DNA from: a virus
Direction: 5' to 3' (one strand)
Length of the DNA stretch: 40,973 nucleotides
UHGV virus genome: UHGV-0256613
The position numbers and the translations under genes were made by a program. This document shows positions 37,153 through 40,973 of the stretch, piece by piece. The notes under the pieces are model-generated. The model worked only from the letters and a program-made list of their open reading frames with translations, did no database searches and was not told the DNA's origin. Position 1 is the first letter of the stretch; each line of letters opens with the position of its first letter.

Positions 37153-37273
37153 ATGAACCTCAACCAATCGACTTTACCAATCGGGTAATTTTAAACATGA
37201 GTATAATGCTTTTAACTGCAACGAGTGTAAACAATTATTGATAATTGTAGGCACATCCCTGTGCCGCCGCCCG

Positions 37274-37520
37274 TCAGAAGAACCCTGCTTTGTCGTTGAT
37301 GTACTCCGCGTGCGTCTGGATATCACGCAGGCATTTGCTCACACCGACGATGTAGCAGAACATGGTGGTCAACTCCGCCGCCGCGCCCGATACGTCGTGC
37401 CCGTCTTCCTGTAACTGGTTTAGCAGATTCATCAGCAGTGAGTTCTCCGTCAGGCCGAGAACACCAGACGGCGAATGAATCAGGCTGCGGTAGCCGGGCT
37501 TCAGTGGGGCGCTGTAGGTT
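37274..37520. repeat. right arm of ~245-bp inverted repeat (antirepressor C-terminal coding region)
   Basis: Near-identical to reverse complement of 35780-36022. Confidence 0.8.
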
Positions 37521-37966
37521 TTGTTCTCTACCTTCATTGCCTGCATCACTGCTGATGCTGTGGCGTTGGCTACCTGGTCGGCAACCATCTTTATGCGTTC
37601 TTCCTGCGGGAGCGAGTTTTTAATGTAACTTCCGGTGCGGCGGATCTGAGGAAGAACCTCACCTGTAACCCATTCAAGAAATCTGAATGCTCTCGTTCCC
37701 TCAGTCATTGCCTCTTTGCAACGCAGAATAAGGATGTAGAGACCTGATTCTGAAACGATGGATAGTTCTTGTATTCCACCAGGGGTCTGTATTGAATACA
37801 GCCCCTTTTTGTTCCAGCCTTTTTTATCAAGTTTTCTCGCTTGTGTAACATCAATATTCAAAGCATTGCACACATCTTTGGTGACAAACCAAGGTTCTCC
37901 GTCAATCATGAACATACGGATCTGGCAGGATGACTCAAAGGAAAAGATGGAAGGTTTGGTATTCAT
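37274..37966 (-). CDS. antirepressor paralog (Bro-N-type N-terminal domain, shared Ant C-terminal domain)
   Basis: N-terminus MNTKPSIFSFESSCQIRMFMIDGEPWFVTKDVCNALNI... (Bro-N-like); C-terminal ~85 aa shared with Ant at 35084-36022. ORF track extends to 38011. Confidence 0.75.
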   Translation of the reverse strand: MNTKPSIFSFESSCQIRMFMIDGEPWFVTKDVCNALNIDVTQARKLDKKGWNKKGLYSIQTPGGIQELSIVSESGLYILILRCKEAMTEGTRAFRFLEWVTGEVLPQIRRTGSYIKNSLPQEERIKMVADQVANATASAVMQAMKVENKTYSAPLKPGYRSLIHSPSGVLGLTENSLLMNLLNQLQEDGHDVSGAAAELTTMFCYIVGVSKCLRDIQTHAEYINDKAGFF

Positions 37967-38015
37967 AGCGATCACCTTTGTAGTTAGGTTAATCACCACC
38001 GCTGAGACCAATCAG

Positions 38016-38098
38016 ATGGTGGTGAACTGTGCAGAGTTGGTCTTACCGGCTACAAAGGAACCCGGCGCACCTTTCGGTGCCCCCACACAGCCCACCAT
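38016..38098. repeat. diverged duplicate of 9184-9266 (leader/N-terminal module with GNRA hairpin)
   Basis: ggtggtgaactg..cccggcgcacctttcggtgcccccac..cagcccaccata shared by both loci; here encodes only a 28-codon relic (MVGCVGAPKGAPGSFVAGKTNSAQFTTI*) upstream of the Bro-N antirepressor. Confidence 0.7.
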
Positions 38099-38233
38099 AG
38101 AATAGGTGCGCTTTACACATAAAAAAACCGCTTATGCGGCATATGTGCCTCTGTAGTAATCCGGGAGACCAATCCCGGCACTGGATTTTGCCAGTGCCCG
38201 ATTACTATGGCACAAGAGGAGTGCAATGTAAAT

Positions 38234-38248
38234 TTACCGAAAAGGTAA
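38234..38248. promoter_or_regulatory. TTACC-N5-GGTAA palindrome (copy 3 of 4)
   Basis: TTACCgaaaaGGTAA in the divergent region between the Bro-N antirepressor and the two-gene module. Confidence 0.4.
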
Positions 38249-38326
38249 TAATAAATGCATAACTCACGTTATTTCAACCCTATATGGTTTGATTTATCCC
38301 ATTTCAGAAAATACCTGCCTATTTTT

Positions 38327-38356
38327 TTGCCAGTATGCGTATACTTTCGATAGAAT
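38327..38356 (+). promoter_or_regulatory. candidate sigma70 promoter for the two-gene module
   Basis: TTGCCA (38327-38332), 18-nt spacer, TAGAAT (38351-38356); AT-rich upstream region. Confidence 0.35.
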
Positions 38357-38373
38357 GTTTACCCTAGAGGTAG

Positions 38374-38829
38374 TTGGGGGTGCCCGTGAACACGAAGAGA
38401 GCTACAGTAATGCAGCATTTGAGGAAATCAGAAAAAAATAAAGACCATGAAATATTGAGTAAGGCCATTGTTCGGGCTTCCAATAATACTGTTATACCTC
38501 ATGCTGAAGAGTCTGGACAGAAATTTCTTATTCGGTATTTCACTGAAAATAGTGCAGTTGAGGAGATTTTAAAACATCAGGGAGGGGAATTTAAATGTGG
38601 AAAACTGGCAGATTATGTTCGTCGTGAAACGTCTGAACAAGAAGTATATTATGCTGATATTAATCATAAGTCAGGTGTGAAAATTGTAATAGGCTATTAC
38701 ACAACTCCCAAAAATGTTATGCATGAGGTCCCAAAGATGTCCGTCGAGAAATCTCATGCAATCTCGCGCAGGATGTTTGCACGCACTGCCGAAGATATGG
38801 CTCAGGAGCTCTACGACGATGCTGAATAA
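38374..38829 (+). CDS. hypothetical protein, upstream partner of the YafO-like gene (start uncertain: TTG 38374 or ATG 38410)
   Basis: 139-151 aa; AT-rich; stop overlaps the downstream start by 11 nt (ATGCTGAATAA). Confidence 0.6.
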   Translation: MGVPVNTKRATVMQHLRKSEKNKDHEILSKAIVRASNNTVIPHAEESGQKFLIRYFTENSAVEEILKHQGGEFKCGKLADYVRRETSEQEVYYADINHKSGVKIVIGYYTTPKNVMHEVPKMSVEKSHAISRRMFARTAEDMAQELYDDAE

Positions 38830-39325
38830 ATTCCAGGGGTTGGTTCACCCTGGAATTTTTGGGAAGGACCCTGAGCTAATACCTATCAAAAACGCGTTCA
38901 TAGATCACTGGCGCTACGGTCATCATAAGGATTTCGGAAAGGACACTCTGTTTCGGGATCCACCGAAAGAAATGCTGGAATATCACATACGCCACGTTCA
39001 CGTAAACATCGGAAACTATACTGACAAGTTTGGTGAGAGCGGTACGGAACAATGCTGGAAAAACTGGGCGTCTGGGAAGAAAGACAAGACCACTAACAAG
39101 CATAAAAAGATCCCAACCAGTGACGTGTATGTGATTTATCTGGTCACATCTGAACGCCATGCCTTCCTTCTGGATTATTGGGATGAACCAGCACATAAGA
39201 CAGTAGAAATTGACGAGCAGAAGCAAAAATTAGTTGTCGAGTGTGACAGAATTTTGCGGCTGAAAAAGTTAGAATCCATGCCGCGCGATGCTAGTTTGTG
39301 GGACCCAGAATTTTACGACTGTTAA
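38819..39325 (+). CDS. YafO-family-like toxin-domain protein (putative)
   Basis: 168 aa; motifs GIFGKDPEL / DFGKDTLF, HIRHVHVNIGN and DVYVIYLVTSERHAFLLDYWDEPAHK parallel recalled YafO motifs (IFGRDALYDD, HIHLAN, HLVYCQGAFDEQAWLLIAILKPEPHK); AGGAG SD. Confidence 0.55.
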   Translation: MLNKFQGLVHPGIFGKDPELIPIKNAFIDHWRYGHHKDFGKDTLFRDPPKEMLEYHIRHVHVNIGNYTDKFGESGTEQCWKNWASGKKDKTTNKHKKIPTSDVYVIYLVTSERHAFLLDYWDEPAHKTVEIDEQKQKLVVECDRILRLKKLESMPRDASLWDPEFYDC

Positions 39326-39326
39326 T

Positions 39327-39350
39327 GGCCGCTTTCGCGGCCTTTTCTTT
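39327..39350 (+). terminator. rho-independent terminator after the two-gene module
   Basis: GGCCGC-tttc-GCGGCC followed by TTTTCTTT; same hairpin as 36074-36097. Confidence 0.6.
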
Positions 39351-39606
39351 ATGTGGTTTGTTTTCGTAATTGTTCGGCACAATAGTCGAGATGTGTTTGC
39401 AGATCCTGCATAGACATCTGTGAGCTGGTGACGTAGTTAATCAGTGCAGTCAGTTCGGCAAGTGGGCCATCGACATTAAATCCATCCTTATCGAGATCCC
39501 GGAGTAATTTCATCAAGTGCGATCCCTCCACCAGTGACCTGACGCCTCCCGGCGTGTGAATCCTTTCGGTAAATCCGTCTTCCAGTGGATAGTGATACTG
39601 CTGCAT
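39349..39606 (-). CDS. small protein homologous to the antirepressor C-terminal domain only
   Basis: 85 aa from ATG with GGAGAAG SD; PGGVRSLVEGSHLMKLLRDLDKDGFNVDGPLAELTALINYVTSSQMSMQDLQTHLDYCAEQL parallels the Ant C-terminus. ORF track extends to 39729. Confidence 0.5.
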   Translation of the reverse strand: MQQYHYPLEDGFTERIHTPGGVRSLVEGSHLMKLLRDLDKDGFNVDGPLAELTALINYVTSSQMSMQDLQTHLDYCAEQLRKQTT

Positions 39607-39682
39607 CTTATCTTCTCCATGCAATAACTGTATGTTTATACAGTAACAAATAATTTGTTTGCTATCCAGCACGTTTTGCAAA

Positions 39683-39697
39683 TTACCCGAAAGGTAA
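39683..39697. promoter_or_regulatory. TTACC-N5-GGTAA palindrome (copy 4 of 4; 7-bp arms ATTACC..GGTAAT)
   Basis: aATTACCcgaaaGGTAATa between the divergent small Ant-C gene and the tailspike gene. Confidence 0.4.
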
Positions 39698-39801
39698 TAT
39701 CTATTGGTATTTATAGTCTTTTTATCCATATATGGTTTTTCAGGTAATAGAATAACCAGATATGCGGCGCAACGGGTGCTGCGACTATCTGGAGATTTAA
39801 C

Positions 39802-40973
39802 ATGACGGTCTCAACCGAAGTTGACCACAACGAATACACCGGTAACGGCGTTACGACATCGTTTCCGTATACTTTTCGAATTTTCAGAAAATCAGACCTG
39901 GTTGTTCAGGTGTCTGATCTGAACGGAAACGTAACAGAATTGGTCCTGGATACCGGTTATACGGTAACTGGGGCGGGCACTTATAGTGGCGGTTCTGTGG
40001 TTCTTCCGTCTCCGCTTGCTACTGGATGGCGAATTACGATAGATCGTGTGCTTGATGTAGTGCAGGAGACAGACCTTCGCAATCAGGGAAAATTTTTCCC
40101 CGAAGTGCATGAAGATGCCTTTGACTACCTGACGATGCTGATCCAGCAATGTTTTGGGTGGTTCAGACGTGCATTGATGAAGCCCTCTCTGCTTGCAAAA
40201 TATTACGATGCAAAGCAAAACAGAATTTCTAACCTTGCAGATCCATCACTTGAGCAGGATGCTGTAAATAATCGCTCAATGCGTAATTATGTCGATGCTG
40301 CAATCGCCGGGGTTGTTGGTGGTTTTGGTTGGTTTATTCAGTATGGTTCTGGGGCTGTGTACCGAACGTTCCAGGATAAGATGAGAGACACCATTAGTGT
40401 TCGTGATTTTGGTGCAAAAGGAGACGGCATAACAGATGATACTGTAGCAATTCAAAATGCTATTAATGCAGTACCAGAAGGGGCTATACTTGGATTTTAT
40501 GGTGGTGAATTTGTTTTTGATAAGGTTGAATTGTTTAAGCCAATAACATTAGTTGGTGATGCAACGTTAATTCACAACGGATTTAGAATAAAATCTAGCA
40601 GAATCCGATCACTTTTATCTGGCGTTCAGAAATGCAAGGATTACTCCGAGTCTTCAAGAGCATTTTATTGCTATGCAAATGAAGACCAAAGAGATTATGA
40701 CGATATTCAGATTTTATTTAATAGATTTGAAGGTTTCTTTTACTCTACGGCATTTGTTGCAAAAAACTATTATTTGGAGAATGACCCTAATTCAAGAATT
40801 GTCAAAAACACAAAAGTAATAGGGTGTACATCAGTTGCTCCTGATTCTGTAAATGCCGGTCATTTTCAACATATAGGCGTTACAAATGCTGAAACATCAC
40901 ATAACTCAACTTATGGCGGACAAAATGCAACATCATACAACTTCATTAACCAGAATGGATTTGTAAGGATTAT
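39802..40973 (+). CDS. tailspike/tail fibre (T7-type N-terminal adaptor; pectate-lyase-like start of receptor-binding domain), 3'-truncated at window end
   Basis: Open frame from ATG 39802 (GGAGAT SD) to the window end: MTVSTEVDHNEYTGNGVTTSFPYTFRIF... then ...ISVRDFGAKGDGITDDTVAIQNAINAVPEG; not in ORF track because no stop is reached. Confidence 0.8.
   Translation, partial: MTVSTEVDHNEYTGNGVTTSFPYTFRIFRKSDLVVQVSDLNGNVTELVLDTGYTVTGAGTYSGGSVVLPSPLATGWRITIDRVLDVVQETDLRNQGKFFPEVHEDAFDYLTMLIQQCFGWFRRALMKPSLLAKYYDAKQNRISNLADPSLEQDAVNNRSMRNYVDAAIAGVVGGFGWFIQYGSGAVYRTFQDKMRDTISVRDFGAKGDGITDDTVAIQNAINAVPEGAILGFYGGEFVFDKVELFKPITLVGDATLIHNGFRIKSSRIRSLLSGVQKCKDYSESSRAFYCYANEDQRDYDDIQILFNRFEGFFYSTAFVAKNYYLENDPNSRIVKNTKVIGCTSVAPDSVNAGHFQHIGVTNAETSHNSTYGGQNATSYNFINQNGFVRI

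Noticed and set aside
39892-40218. 108-aa minus-strand ORF
   Set aside because: Antisense within the tailspike N-terminal adaptor coding region.
1-40973. CRISPR arrays, IS elements/transposases, integrase and att sites
   Set aside because: No short regularly spaced direct repeats with unique spacers, no transposase-like ORFs with terminal inverted repeats, and no tyrosine/serine recombinase-like ORF were seen; prophage ends are presumably outside the window.

Overview
The window is almost entirely one temperate enterobacterial prophage of mosaic podovirus type; no integrase or att site lies inside it, so both prophage ends are outside. Coordinates 1-10522 carry a leftward (minus-strand) arm: Cro, a CII-like regulator, a replication initiator with internal iterons, Dam methyltransferase, a LexA-DNA-binding-domain-only protein, RusA, KilA-N, DUF968, a QuuD-like Q antiterminator, a lipoprotein moron, a second DNA methyltransferase and the lysis cassette (pinholin, DUF1327, SAR endolysin, Rz/Rz1). 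The CI repressor (10613-11287) faces rightward, followed by YfdP/Q/R/S-like genes, terminase small and large subunits, an inserted moron plus tRNA-Arg(UCU), and a T7-like virion module (portal, scaffold, capsid, tail tubular A/B, internal core proteins). Between the core proteins and a 3'-truncated tailspike gene sits a ~6 kb P22 immI-like accessory island (Mnt-like, Arc-like, two antirepressor paralogs in inverted orientation, several morons). The most interesting signals are: (1) two inverted, diverged copies of a ~250-nt candidate structured RNA, one fused 5' to the tRNA-Arg, with a compensatory base-pair change; (2) an AT-rich two-gene module whose second protein looks YafO-toxin-like; (3) a TTACC-N5-GGTAA palindrome recurring four times upstream of accessory genes; (4) a cassette bracketed by near-identical inverted antirepressor C-terminal coding repeats. 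All product calls rest on reading the translations and on recalled family features; no database search was run.
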